Below are positions 12,165 through 26,353 of a stretch of 64,000 bases of DNA, in pieces. This stretch comes from Octopus vulgaris (lineage: Eukaryota). The position numbers were made by a program, and so were the translations under genes. Under the pieces are notes generated by a model, which was given only the letters and a program-made list of their open reading frames with translations, searched no databases and was not told the origin of the DNA. The stretch's first letter is position 1. Each line of letters begins with the position of its first letter. The stretch lies in assembly GCA_951406725.2 (NCBI GenBank), contig OX597822.1, positions 70,866,001-70,930,000 of the forward strand. Reading direction: 5' to 3'.

Positions 12165-12920
12165 TTTTACTTTCTTGTCCAGTTACCCATATTTCTCTTC
12201 ACCACCACCACCACCACCGCCGCCACCACCTCCAACACCACCACCTCCAACACCACCACCACCACTCTGTTGCCAGTCCGGTATAGCTTATCACTTCCCT
12301 CTTATCGTTCTTTTTAAGAATATCTTTGCTATTAGTGAATTATTTGAAAACTGTGTGCTATGAAAAGGCATTCAGTGATGATAATATTATATATTACAAA
12401 TGTCCACCGAACACTTCCAGCATCTATTTATCTTCTTCAAATATTATAGAAGACAGACAGACAGACTTTGTTTTTTTTTGGGGTTTTTTTTTTTTTGTAA
12501 TCTTTAAGTTGTGTCTTGGAATTTGAAGCAAGGCAATTTGGTTGTTCAATAATTGACTGTCTCTCCCTGTCTCCTCTGCTTTATTTCTTTTGTTACCTTT
12601 CAAAAAAAAAAAAAGAACATTTAACTAATCTTATTACTCTAAGTAAACCCCCCCCCCTCACCAACCCTTCCCCACCTCTGCCTCTGACACAAGATAAAAT
12701 ACAAGCGACAAAAAAATAAATCATGTGCATAAAAAGAAAAATAATAAAACCGAAAACCTAGGAAAAAAAAAAAACCTACAAATGCTCCTTACTCTTACCA
12801 CAACCACGCTAAAATATTTACTAACCCTTATTGCGCTAAATTTTAATGTTTTACAAAATAAATGTTTTTCCTGACCCAGTTTTTCTTGTTTTTTTTTTCT
12901 GTGTTTTTTCTTTTCTTTTA
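11501..12920 (+). other. Proximal 3' UTR of the msn/TNIK-like gene with candidate poly(A) signals; the UTR may extend much further
   Basis: Directly follows the stop codon. AATAAA at 12715-12720, about 12743 and 12857-12862, followed by a T-rich tract at about 12880-12920. The true 3' end cannot be determined from sequence. Confidence 0.5.
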
Positions 12921-13308
12921 AATAATGAAAAAAGAATATGTATGTTAAGATTTGTCTACATTTTATGTGTTTTAATTTTCATTTAATTTTTGTTTACCCT
13001 TCATGCTCATTATTTGTCCTGTATATTTTTTTTTATATACCCTACCCCCACCTCCTGCCTTTCATCAAAGTAAATCCTTAGATTTATTTCTTGGAGTTGG
13101 TGGAGTTCATATTCACACGATTGCTTACTGCCCCCCAGAATTCTTTCACTCTCTCCTTAATTTCAACTGTTTAGGTTTTCTGCACCGCATAGGATTTTTC
13201 AAAGTCAGCATCTCACAGCTCCTGAGAATATATATTCACTAAAATATAGCCTTCATTTGCTCCACAAATGTATACAACACTATGTCTATGTACATATGTG
13301 TGTGTGTG

Positions 13309-13346
<38 letters not shown>

Positions 13347-13435
13347 GTAGAGTTCGGTGCAGCCCTCTGATTTGCCACTTTCTATCAAACCATCTAACCC
13401 ATGTCAGCATGGAAGGTGGACGTTAAATGGTGATG

Positions 13436-13470
<35 letters not shown>

Positions 13471-14950
13471 CATGTGTATATATGCAAATATATACACAGG
13501 CATGCATATATATACACACACATATATATACATACATACACAGGCACACATACATATATATATATATGAAGTTAAATGTTATATATATATATATGTATGT
13601 ACATATTATAAAGTTAAATGTGGTATACATTTAATCCCAATTGAGGAGAATCCTCTTCATCTTTCAATATATATTTTTAAATGTTCAGTCACTGTGACCA
13701 GAGCTAAAACAACTAGCCACCACCATCATGACTAATCAATATTATCCATAAAACTGATTCACATATATAGCCCCCTGTATTGGTGATCAATTGATCAATT
13801 TTTACTCAGTGTTAGATTTTTCTTTCATTTGTATTTTTAGTTGGTGTTTTGGGTTTTTTTACAATAGAAGAAAAGTATTAGTGAAAGAAAGAAAAAGAAA
13901 AAAAACTATTTTTATTGGTTCTACTAGTGCTAATACTACTATTACTCTTTTTTGCTTTTTTTTTGCCTTCAAACCATATTTTTGTTCTTGTTTGTTTTTG
14001 TTTCTCTGGAAAGATTTTGGTATTCCAGAGGAACAGCGCTCAAAGCTGTTAGCTTTCCCTTGTTTTCCAGTTGTTCCCACCCTTACAATAACTGGCCCCT
14101 CTCTCACCCCCCCTTTGTTTCTAACCACCCTTCAACCCCTTTTTACCATCTCCCACTCCCCTTCAGTACATATATGCACACATATATATATATGCATATA
14201 CGTGTATGTGTTATATATATATATATACATATACACACACACATATATATGTATATATACATGTTCTTCATTTTCCAAGCATCATCATATTTAGTTTGAA
14301 ATTATTTTAAAAGTTGATTTGAAATGGAAAGGAAAATAATGACATATTTGACGAAATACTGGCAAAAAAAAAATACATGATGTGAAATAATTATCTTCCA
14401 TCAGTAAATAAGTGATAAGAGCCACTTAATGCAGAACGAAGAAAGAAAAGAAGAAAATTTAACATTTTAGCGTTAACAAGTCGTATTAACATCAACAATG
14501 AATATATACAAGTTCTTACAAATTATCTTTTAAAGAAAGGATATATGGGCAATTGTTTGTTTTTTGTTTTTTTTTTGCAATATATTTTTCTCTTCCCTCT
14601 TAAGTTTGAATTCTGTGCAAACTTCTCAAAATATTTAAATACTTAAATTATATTAAAAAAAACAAAAACAAAAAAAAAATAACATGATGATCTAATTTTT
14701 TTTTATATTGTTAATGTTGATGACAGTAACACACCTAGGTTATCATGTGAGCTGTATCTAGTGATTTATAATGAAAGATGGTTGTTATGATTATTATTAT
14801 CATTATTGTTGTTGTTGAATTAAATATTAGTGAAACAAAGCAGCCAGGCATATATTGGGCAGAGATCCTTAAAGAAATATTTGTTGGAATTATTAAGAAA
14901 AAAAAATGTATATCCAGTCAGGACAGTTCCAGATAATATTTTACCAATTA

Positions 14951-14994
<44 letters not shown>

Positions 14995-16164
14995 ACTAAT
15001 TATTATGCAGTCACCAACTTTCTCAGTAAAACCAGGCCCAAGATCCATTTCCAGCTGGAAGTTGGAGCAGCTTTACTTCTATGTATCTAATGTTTGAGAA
15101 AAGCATGAATGTTACAAGTTCCCATTTTCCCTTCCCTAAAAATTTTAAGCATCATGCTTTTGTAAAAGATTATTATTATTATTATTATTATTAAGGAATT
15201 TTCTTTACTTCTCTTGAGACAGTTCTTAAAAGTTCTACTTTGCTGGGCTAATAATGCATTTATTTTAACAGTCTACTATTTATGCTTCAAAACTCCTCCT
15301 CAAAGTGTTAAACACCCTGATTAATTTGATTAACGGTTGCTGCGACTTGCTGTTTGGAGCAAGTGGTAACTCAATATTTACAGCCAATCCTCCTCATCAA
15401 TGCTGACATAGTGAAATCCTTTGCAAGCTGCTAGTAGTTACAATACTTTTGCACTTTTGTCCTTCCATACTATTTATTCATCCTGTCAAAGCCAAGTTTC
15501 TAACTAATTAAAAATAAAAAAACTAACAAAAAAAATGTTATCTAAGGGAGGTAACTGCAAAAAAATATGAAAACATTTTTCAAAGTACCTGGGTAAAAAT
15601 TGGTAAAATATATATATATATATACACATATATTTGAGTGTACTTGATAAGTAAGGTTGAATTATTCAGTCATGTGTCTCTCAATGACTTCTCTGAATTC
15701 CTAAATATATTACTCGCTTTCTACACAGCTTTCAATTTTATCATTAAATTTTCATCATATACTTGATCCATTACATAATGTATTTAACTGATTCTCAGCC
15801 TAATCACAGTAACTTCCAGTAGTTCCATGCCAGCTTTATTGTTTATATCAGACCAGAATTTTTTCCCCTCAACCTATGTACTCTCTCTTTCTCTCTCTCA
15901 TTTGCTGTTTTAAACATGGTTGAAGGTGATCTCATGATTCCTGTGAGGTGACTCGGATACAGCCCATAATTCACTGCCCTTCCTCTTGCGCTCAGGTCGT
16001 ACAGGTCCTCATACCAAATTCCACAACTAACGACTGCCACTTGAAATGAACCTGTTGCTACAAAATATCTTTAATCTGTTGCAAGAAGGAAATGAATGCC
16101 CTCTTTTCTGGACAAAGCTATTAAGCTCACTCCCTTTTCCCTCCTTTGTCTCTCTCATGGTTTG

Positions 16165-16229
16165 CATACACATATATATACATATATTTATATATATAGG
16201 AGTGTGTATGTATATATGTGTGTATATAC

Positions 16230-16275
<46 letters not shown>

Positions 16276-17310
16276 ATATATATATATAAATATATCTGTG
16301 TGCATGTATGTGTGTGTATATATATATGTCTATATATGTATGTGTATATATAAGTATGTGTGTATATACGTATATTATATATACAATGTCTGAATATATA
16401 CGTGTCTATATGTGTATATATATATGTATATATGTCTGTATATATATATGTGCATATATGTATGTGTGTATATGTATGCGCATGTATATGTACTCATATA
16501 CATGTGTGTGCATGAATATATATTCACACACATTATATATGCAATATATAACAGTATAAATACATATATATATATATATATATAGTGTGTGTGTATGTAT
16601 ATATACATCACATATTACATATTGTATATACAAACATATGCACATATAATTACATGCATATTACATATGCACGTAATACATAGGCTTGTGTAGAAATATA
16701 TGCATTTCTGTATAAATAATATATAAATGTCTATATATGTGTGTGTGCATGTATATAAATATGTGTGCATGTGCACACACATCCATGTAAATTTATATTT
16801 ATGCATATGTTTCTATATGTTTAATATATATATATAAATATGCATTGTGTGTGTATATATATATAAATGTGTAATATATATATATAAATAAATCTGTAAT
16901 ATATATTAATATATGTATATGAATGTAGATGTGTATGTGTATATATATGGAAATATATTTATGTGTACTTATTTTAATGTGTGTATTTGTATTCATATAT
17001 ATATGTATATCCATGCAATATATATGTATGTGATTATGTGTGTTAGGATATTTACATACACATATATGCATTATATATATCTATATACATGCATACATAC
17101 ACAAACGTATTTACCTGAGAATGTAAATGTGTGAGTTATATACACGTGTGTGTGTGTATGACAGTGTGTTATGTATAGAGCATGTATTTAAAGATTATAA
17201 ATATGGATGTTTGTACTGGTATGTTTTTGTCCATGTGATATATATATGAAAATATCTTTGTGTATGTGTGGATGTGTATATATCTATGCTCATATATAAT
17301 CATATATATC

Positions 17311-17343
<33 letters not shown>

Positions 17344-17421
17344 GTATGTATGGGTACATGTATAGTATCACATATGTATTTATACAAATATTTGTACATG
17401 TATAATATATATATATATATA

Positions 17422-17462
<41 letters not shown>

Positions 17463-18318
17463 TACAGAATCATGCATTAATTGAAGGATCACTCCGTAGA
17501 TTTAAGCAGCTTATCACATTTACTTTCACAGAGACTGATAGTTTGGATTCTTGTTTCTTAGAAAAGCCACTGAGCTGAGACTTTGAAGTCACTATCAGTC
17601 TTTTACTTTTAAAAATAAGTATATCTGAGAATGTATGTAGGTGAGCATGCATGAACCAGTGTGCGTTTGTGCATGCCCTACTCACACATGCAGGCATACG
17701 CACATGCACACACACATATACACATGATTATATATATATATATATATATATATATGCATGTTTGTGTGTATTTTCTTATGTACATTGCATGTTTGTCTAT
17801 ATTTTTGTGTGTGTGTATATATATGTATATATATGTGGAGGCATAAAAATATAAAATATACATATATCAATATATATGATTTAGTATATATATATCATGC
17901 AAACAATATATTTAATATATGTAATGCACAATATGTGAATTTATATAATACTCATATAATGTGTCCATATATATATATTATGTATATGAGTTATGTATAT
18001 CTTATATATATATATATATATATGTGTATGTGTGTGTTGCTGTATATACATGCATTTATATGTATGTGCATATAAATATAAGTATGCACACACACACACA
18101 TATACATACATACACATTTATATGTGTGTATATGTGTATATATACTCATACATGTATGTATATATATATATATATATACATACAAAAACACACACTCACT
18201 CATATAAATAACTTTGAAGATACACACACATGCTCACAATATCTATGTGTATGTATGTATGTAAGTACATATATCTGTATCTCTCTGTATGTGTATGCAC
18301 ACACTTATATGAGAGTAC

Positions 18319-18358
<40 letters not shown>
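16165..18358. repeat. Long degenerate alternating purine-pyrimidine (TA/CA/TG) microsatellite field
   Basis: Seen directly. Similar fields at about 19900-20280, 22335-22740, 43415-43970 and 47420-47775. Confidence 0.9.
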
Positions 18359-18360
<2 letters not shown>

Positions 18361-21066
18361 AAGAAGGTGGTGTTTGAATAGCTAAAATGGAACTTTCCTG
18401 TTTTAGTGTGCCTTGTTTTGAGTTACTCTGCTATCCCACCTTCAAGCTCCTTAAGGCTGGATGTGGGGGTGATGAAGTAGGCCCATGCCCTCCTCTTTTC
18501 AAAAGTTGCACTGACTCAATTCAACATATCTTTGCAGAGAAGCCATTGACTAAAACTGCTCAAAATTCAATTATTTTCTTTCTATTCTATTTTCCAAATA
18601 TTCAGACAACAAATAAAAAATAAAAAATAACATGGAATTGTAATTTATATTTTGTTCCGAAAAAAAAAAGAAGAAAAATTCCATCATATTCAAAGAATAT
18701 TCTATTCTCTTTTAGATAAAGAATATAGATTACATCCTAAAGTTCTCCTGTCCTTAACATATAAAAGACTGTAACTGATTTTTCATATAAATCATCTTTC
18801 AAATGACCAAAGTAAAATTTCCCCACAAACTCTTGGATTATATTTCCTTGCTCTGTCGGTTAGTTTTCTTATTTTCTTCCCTTTCTTAAGCTATTGCTTT
18901 CTGATATAGGTCATGCCTTCTTTGATGATGTCACACTGGCTTTATGAACCTTCCAATAAATTGCTGTTTTATACTTGCCAGGATACTTGTAATTTCTTTA
19001 AAATGTTCTTTTATGTTTTGCCAATGTTCCCCTTGGCTTGTCTTGTTCCTAAGGAATTTACAACCTAACATCTTCGTTTTTGAAGCTGTTCAAAGTTAAA
19101 TCTCATTTCCCTTTCATAAGGAAGTTTTGGTTATAATTACAATCACTACTCCTTTTTTCCTGGACCGTCACACGCAATTAATTGTACGATTAATTCCTTC
19201 GTAATTTAAATTAATCAGTCTTCAAAGTAAATCTAAAAATCAGATATAATATTCAGTAGTATGTGAAATCTTGAGAGAAAGTTTCAAAATAGTTTTGTCT
19301 TTATTTTATATTCTTTACATTAAATTTAATATAAAACTGCTATATTTTATCTCATTCTAGTACAAATACATGTATAACTTTGGTTTTTTTTACCTTCATA
19401 TTTTTGATAAGTATTGCTAAATCATGTAAATTGATTTGATTCAGCAAATTTGTATCAGAAATATTATCAGCTACTGTTTAAACTATATTTTCTATCTTCT
19501 CTTCAGATTTTGTTTCCCAAAACCAACCCTGAAAGTATATTAAAAATATTTCTTAATCAATTAGGCAATCTTAATTAATTTTTTTTTTCTCCACATATTT
19601 CTAAATAGAATTCCAGTCTCAATAATTTAATTTTATCCTAGTTAAACTGGGACATGGTAAATATACTTAACAGTAAGTAAGCCTCATAAATTCAGCTTAG
19701 CTCTATACATATTTCAACAGGTCTCTTATGAACCAAATGATTTGTAGAAAGGATTAAAGATGCTTTATATCTAAAGTATATCTCTATTTGAAACTTGATT
19801 ATATTTTTCCTCCATCTCTCTCCCCCTCTCTCTCTTTCTAATTGCTGTTCCTTCTTCATTACTTTCCTTCAGACTCTTTCTCATCAAAGTTGAATTATAT
19901 CACACACACACGTGCATCTATGTATATTGTGTATGTCTGTGTGTGTGTGTATACCTATCTATATATATGTATACATATATATCTATGCATATATATATAT
20001 ATATACACACACAGACACACACACATGTGTATGTATATTCATTATATATATACACATGTATATGAATATACATACATACATACATATATATATGTGTGTG
20101 TAGGTGGATATATTCATATATGTATATGTGTGTGTTTGTGTGTGTACATATATATATACATACAATCGCATACACTCATATATGTATCAACACACATTCT
20201 CACACTCATACATACATAGATATTTGTATGGATACATACACACATATACACATTTACATACACACATACACCTATCTGCTTATATAAGTAATTTGCAATG
20301 TTTGTTAATGAAATGGACAAAATAAAATAAAAATCGTCAACGAGATAAACCTCAACAAAGTGACATATTTCGTCTTTTTTAAAAATTTTTTTGTTTTAAC
20401 GACTCTTAGATGTAATTATTTTACATTCTTATTCTTAACTGTCTTAATGTTACAAACTTCTCTGTGTGATGTGCCAAGCAATTTCAGCTTCTATTAGTAA
20501 CGCCACCCAATTACAAGACAACCAAAACCAAAGCAACAACAGAAAAACTAAAGAATATATACCATCAGTTCTAAGACTCTTTTAGCTTCTTAGCTTTTCA
20601 TTGCAAATTTGTAAACTTTTTAAAAGGTAAAAAAATTTTTTACAAGGGACACAAAGGCCTCAACATTTGAGCAAAAATATTATATCAAAAAAAAAAATTT
20701 TTTTTACTATTTTAAAAAATCTTGTAAAAAAGAGAAAAGTTATTTGCAAAATGAAACAAAGCAAAAAAGAAAAATTAAATCAATCTTAATCCTGATTTTC
20801 GCATTTCACAAACTTTGATAAGTTTTTATATTAAGTTATATATTTGTTTTCAGATTTGATAATTTCATCATTTCTTTCCATGACTCCATTCATTTTTGCA
20901 TCTTCCTTGACTTTCACCTTTTCCTCTTAGTCACTCCACTTTCTCTCACACACTTACTCTCTCTTTCTCTCTTCATGAGTTTTAGTTTGAATTTCTTTTA
21001 CTTATCTTTATTTACTCCATGCCAACTTCCCTAATACATACATACACACACACACATATGTATATA

Positions 21067-21097
<31 letters not shown>

Positions 21098-21473
21098 TGT
21101 TTTTTATTCCTAAGCTTCTTCAGAGTCTACTAAACTTATATGTGTATGTATAAATATATATATGTATATGTGTGTGTGTGTATATATATATATACATATA
21201 TATATAATGTTAGTGGCAAGAAAACCCTTACAGATAACTCATTTATTTCAACAGATCCAATGATAGTGATAATGACCAGTCCCTTTCACTGGACTCATTG
21301 AAAGGATGAGCTCTGCTGTACCTAACTCATGTATTGAGTCCTCATTTGAATGATGGTCTCCCCAGCTTCATACTGGGCGCACATCCCACATGCACACATA
21401 CACATATATATAAATGTATACACAAACATATATATGTGTATGCATGTGTGTTTATATGTCTATATGTATATAT

Positions 21474-21513
<40 letters not shown>

Positions 21514-22403
21514 CTTTATGTGTATGTATGTATGATAAGTAAAAAGTCAGACTATATGCAAAAAGGACTGTAAATCTGATTCCATTCAAAATGCTAGGAT
21601 CCCTTTCCATCGTTGCAAAAACATAAAAAAAGAAATAAATTCCCTGAAAAGGCCCATAACCAGAAGAAGAATATCTATAAAAGTCTTGTGCGGGAAGATC
21701 AACAGCAAAAGAGAAGAAACCCAAAGGTTTGTAGGATCAGAACGTTTCTCTTGATTGAATCCAAGGAAGATGAAAATGTGATAACTGTGACACAATCTTA
21801 TTTTATTTCTGATCTTAATCTGAGTTAATCACAAATAATAACACTGGAAGAAGAACAACAACAAGAAGAAGAAAAGAGAAAAAAAATAAATAAAAAATAG
21901 AAAAAAGCTGAACTGCATAAGCTGTGACAATTCCCACCATATTCCTGACCAGTGCTGCCACCTATACCGCTAATAAAATGGAAAAAAAATAATCAAAAAA
22001 ATAAATAAAAAAGTGATCTGTACCAGAAACTGTGTTACATCAGTTGTTTATTATATTTGTTACTGTTGTTTGCTGTTTATGTTGTTGTTGTTGCTTTGCA
22101 GTATAATGTGGATGTGTGGTGGTAGATCTCCCAATTGGAAGCGACCTGGATAGTTTTGCTATCTCTCTGCTTCTTGCAGATTAGCTTCTATGTCAGTCAG
22201 TGAAGCATGAATTACTGGCTAAACTCAGCTGTGGAACAACAACAGCGGCAGCTCACTGTTTCATCTCCTAATCAGGTTTTGCAATGAAAAGAAAATGGTC
22301 ACTAATACTTTCCTCATGATTTGGGTTGCATGGCATATGTATGCATGATGTATGTTTGTGTGTGTATATATATATATATATATATGCACATATACATATA
22401 TGT

Positions 22404-22434
<31 letters not shown>

Positions 22435-23751
22435 CATATAAATACATATATGTATATATATACATATGTATATATATATTTACATATACATATGTATATA
22501 TATATAAGCATATATACTTATGTATATATAAGCATATATACATGTATATAAGCATATATACATATATATATATGTATATACACATATATATATGTATATA
22601 CACATATATACATATGTATATATATATGCATATATATATATATATATATATGCATATATACATATATACAGATATGTATATATTTGTATATATACATATA
22701 TGTATATATATGTGTGTGTGTGTGTGTATATCTTATCTTACATATCGATACTTCATCATCTACTGCATGTGTATGTATGTCCATCAAGAAGAAGTCTATT
22801 TGAAAATGTGTTAAGCTAGATCTCTACAATACACTCCATCTATAAGTGAGTGTATAAACATTTTGTACACAAATCAGTATACAGAAGGAAATTTGTTTCA
22901 GATGGACTTTTGTGTGTGTGTGTGTATAGACATGATATATATATATATATATACACACACATACATACACACAGATATATGTATCCTCCCATTGAGAGAA
23001 ACTTTTATAGAATGGAATTAACCTATCTTAATAAAATTTTCTATTCTCTATTTTCACCTGAAAATAATTGAATGAAAACTGTACATGAATCTGTTTCATC
23101 TGACAAATGTGAATATGGCACTGAATAAGTGGAGTGAAACTTTCAATTAGCCTCATAGTGTATTTCATGCAGGTGACATTCAATATAATCGGAAAAGGAT
23201 ACGTCTGAACGACTTGCATCATTGTCAGTGTGGTTTTTATTTTCTGTATTTACCATGCTTTAAGAGAGTAAATCTGGCCTCGTCTATAGGGCGCTTGTTT
23301 GACTGCAGTGTTGAGTCTTCAGTTAGGGCGTTTGAATTTCAAATGAATCGATCTAACCAACTGAAAATAGTCATAGCAGTATAAGAAGTGTTATTGGTGC
23401 AAAACTGATGATAGAATCATAAGTTTGCAGTGCTAAGTTCACCTCTTTTAACCGTTTTGATACCAATCCGGTTGAAACCACCTCTGGCTCTGCAGTACAA
23501 ATGTCTTGTTTTCATAAGGTTTGAATTAAAATTTTCCACCAACCCTTAGTCACAATTTATGTTCCTAACATTAGCTTAACGGTAACTAAGTTATTTTACT
23601 AAATTCTTTGTCATATTTAAAATTAATTGAAAGAAACACAGAGCATCTCAACAGAAATATGGTAACAGAAGAGTTAAAGTCACCAGGATGTTTTTAACCC
23701 TTTTGATACCAATCCGCTTGAAACAGTCTCTGGCTCTGTTAATACATTCTG

Positions 23752-24089
23752 AGACCCCCTTTGGACACGACACAGACCATGGGATTGCACCTAGAAAGTT
23801 ACCCTCCTAGGCACAAGACCGGGCAAGGTTGTTCATGGAAGACCAGCAGTCACCCATGCATACCGGCCTCCCCTCTCCACACCACCAGTGTTATCCAAGG
23901 GAAAGGCAAAGGCTGATACAGCTTGGCACCTGTGACGTCGCAACTCATTTCTACAGCTGAGTGAACTGGAGCAACGAGAAATAAAGTGTCTTGCTTTGCT
24001 CAAGAACAAAACATGTAGCCCGGTCCGGGATTCGAGCTCACAACCTCACGATCACAAGCTCAACGTTCTAACCACTGAGCCATGCGCCT
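23752..24089 (-). mobile_element. SINE family B inserted into a TTAA MITE
   Basis: Full body; 12-bp target-site duplication tctgttaataca at 23735-23746 and 24090-24101. Confidence 0.88.
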
Positions 24090-24617
24090 TCTGTTAATAC
24101 AAATGTCTTGTTTTCATAAGTTTTGAATTAAAATCTTCCACCAAATCTTAGTCACAATTTATATTCCTAACACCAGCTGAATGATAACTTAAATTCTTTG
24201 TCATATTTAAAATTAATTGAAAGAAACACAGAGCATTCCAAAATAAATATGGTAACAAAAGGGTTAAGGATTCTGCAGAAACCATTCCAGTGCTCAATCT
24301 TAGTCCATACTCTGTCATATTATAGTTATCCTTTGCTACAAAATGGATATTCTTCCTTAGCTACCAGGAATTCTTTCTACATTGTTTTGGCCATCTCATC
24401 TGCTATCTTCATTTGTACAAAGTACCTCTGAGTACCATTCTAGTACTCCATCATACACCATACTCTCCTGTACTGTAATCATCCTTTGCAGTCATCTTCT
24501 ACAAAATGGATAATCATCCTTAGATATCATGAATTCTTTCTACAATGCTTCATCTATCTCATTTGCTATCTTCAAAGTACCACCAAGTACCATTTCTGTT
24601 CAAAATCTCTATATTTA

Positions 24618-24904
24618 CATTATTTACATTCGACGGATATTCGTCCTCATCTTGTTTGTTAACACAACGCTTCGGCTGAAATACCCTCCAGCCTTCTTCA
24701 TCAACTAAATAATGAAATCAAAGAGAGGTTATCTTCATTACTTAGAAAAATAACCAGAGATGATGACAGAAAGAGAACCCAACAAGACACCTGAAGAAGG
24801 CTGGAAGGTATATCAGCCGAAATGTCGTGTTAACAAGATGAGGATGAATATCTGTCAAATGTAAATAATGTACATAATTCCTCATCTCTTAAATATAGAA
24901 CTGT
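24618..24904 (+). mobile_element. Penelope-like element remnant: inverted pair of pseudo-LTR segments
   Basis: About 24618-24700 is the reverse complement of about 24793-24875; 13-bp direct repeat atctctatattta at 24605-24617 and 24905-24917; contains a hammerhead motif. Confidence 0.8.
24786..24831 (+). ncRNA. Minimal type-I hammerhead ribozyme motif (Penelope type)
   Basis: GACAC-CUGAAGA-A-GGCUG(gaaggUaUaU)CAGCC-GAAA-U-GUC-GUGUU: core boxes, stems I and II, and a GUC triplet. Confidence 0.75.
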
Positions 24905-25853
24905 ATCTCTATATTTATCACTTTACAGATGTTCATCAAGCTTGTATTGAACTTGCCAAATGCAGTCATCTGCTACGAAACAGATATTCTTCCTTAGATA
25001 CCAAGAATTCTGTCTACAATGCCTAAATTATCCCATCTGTTATCTTCATCAGTGCAGAACTTAGCTCTTATTGCCAGAACCAACTTCTCATCCTGCACAC
25101 AATTAATTAATACAACTCCTTTAAGATAACTACAGATTGGCTTTCATTGTTTTGATAGGGATTTACATTTTTGAAAAGGTTTACTTATGAACTTCCTGTT
25201 TTTTTGTTTTTTTTTGTCTTATTGTCTAATAAAAATAGTGGGGGTTAGAGCCCAGAAACTTTGTAGCCTCCTCCGATTAGGGAGATTAACGAGGTTATTG
25301 TTTAGTTTTAACTTCTCTAAATTAATACATCTTGGGTATGGATGAATTTCTAGTTTGGCAAGAGAATGTACATCGTCTGCTTGTTCAAAAGAGCTGAAGA
25401 TTTTGAGATAAGTGAGAGAGAGAAAGAAAGAAGAAGCAGTATATTTATGAACCAGCTTTTGTAGTTTGTTGGTGTATAAACAATGGTTAATTTGTAATAT
25501 CTTTATTTATATATATTTAATTATTTGCACATACACATATTTATCTGTTAAAAAATTAAAATATAGAATTTGGTATTGAATTATAATAAAGTTATTTAGA
25601 GGCCTGACGATTGGGGTTGCGTTTTAAGAAATGTTCCTGTAAAAACACTGTGTGCTTAAGGAACGGTAAAAGAACCTCAAGAAACACGTATAGCAGAGAA
25701 ATTTAGAAATCAGTAGTAAGTATTAAAATAAAATTCTTTTATATGGTGTGATGATGGGGACTGCTGTCTCTAAATAAAATTTCCTCATTGAGAATAATTC
25801 ATTTTATTTGAATCTCTGCGATGCCAGAATTTTTATTCCCAAATAAATAAAAT

Positions 25854-25943
<90 letters not shown>

Positions 25944-25946
<3 letters not shown>

Positions 25947-26353
25947 TGTAGGAGTGGCTGTGTAGTAAGAAGCTTGCTTCCCAACCACATGGTTCCGGGT
26001 TCAGTCCCACTGCATGGAACCTTGGGCAAGTTTCTTCTACTATAGCCTTGGGCCGACCAAAGCCTTGTGAGTGGATTTGGTAGATGGAAACTGAAAGAAG
26101 CCCATCGTATATATATATATATATGTATATATTTGTGTGTGTGTGTGTCTGTTTGTCCCCCCCCCGCCTCCCATCACTTGACAACCGATTTTGGTGTGTT
26201 TACATCCCCGTAACTTAGCGGTTCGGCAAAAGAGACCAATAGAATAAGTACTAGGTGTACAAAGAATAAGTCATGGGGAGGCGATTTGTTTGACTAAAGG
26301 CAGTGCTCCAGCATGGCTACAGTCAAATGACTGAAACAAGTAAAAGAATAAAA
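25944..26353 (+). mobile_element. SINE family A, full length
   Basis: Family A consensus, preceded by a pure (TA)n of about 85 bp. Confidence 0.9.

Larger units (their letters stand above)
24326..25057 (+). repeat. Three diverged ~100-bp direct repeats (24326, 24495, 24968)
   Basis: Unit ctacaaaatggatattcttccttaga..ccaggaattctttctaca...tctgctatcttca seen three times; a Penelope-type insertion lies between copies 2 and 3. Confidence 0.65.

Noticed and set aside
12175-12363. Poly-proline/poly-threonine ORF
   Set aside because: (CCA)n microsatellite in the 3' UTR.
18408-18812. miR-124 (GTGCCTT, 18408) and miR-9 (ACCAAAG, 18806) seed sites in the putative long UTR
   Set aside because: Single 7-mers are expected by chance in 12 kb; not meaningful without conservation data.
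21452-21795. Hydrophobic minus-strand ORFs with a GPCR-like FQGIYFFFYVF stretch
   Set aside because: Short, produced by an A-rich + strand, no convincing splice sites or further exons.
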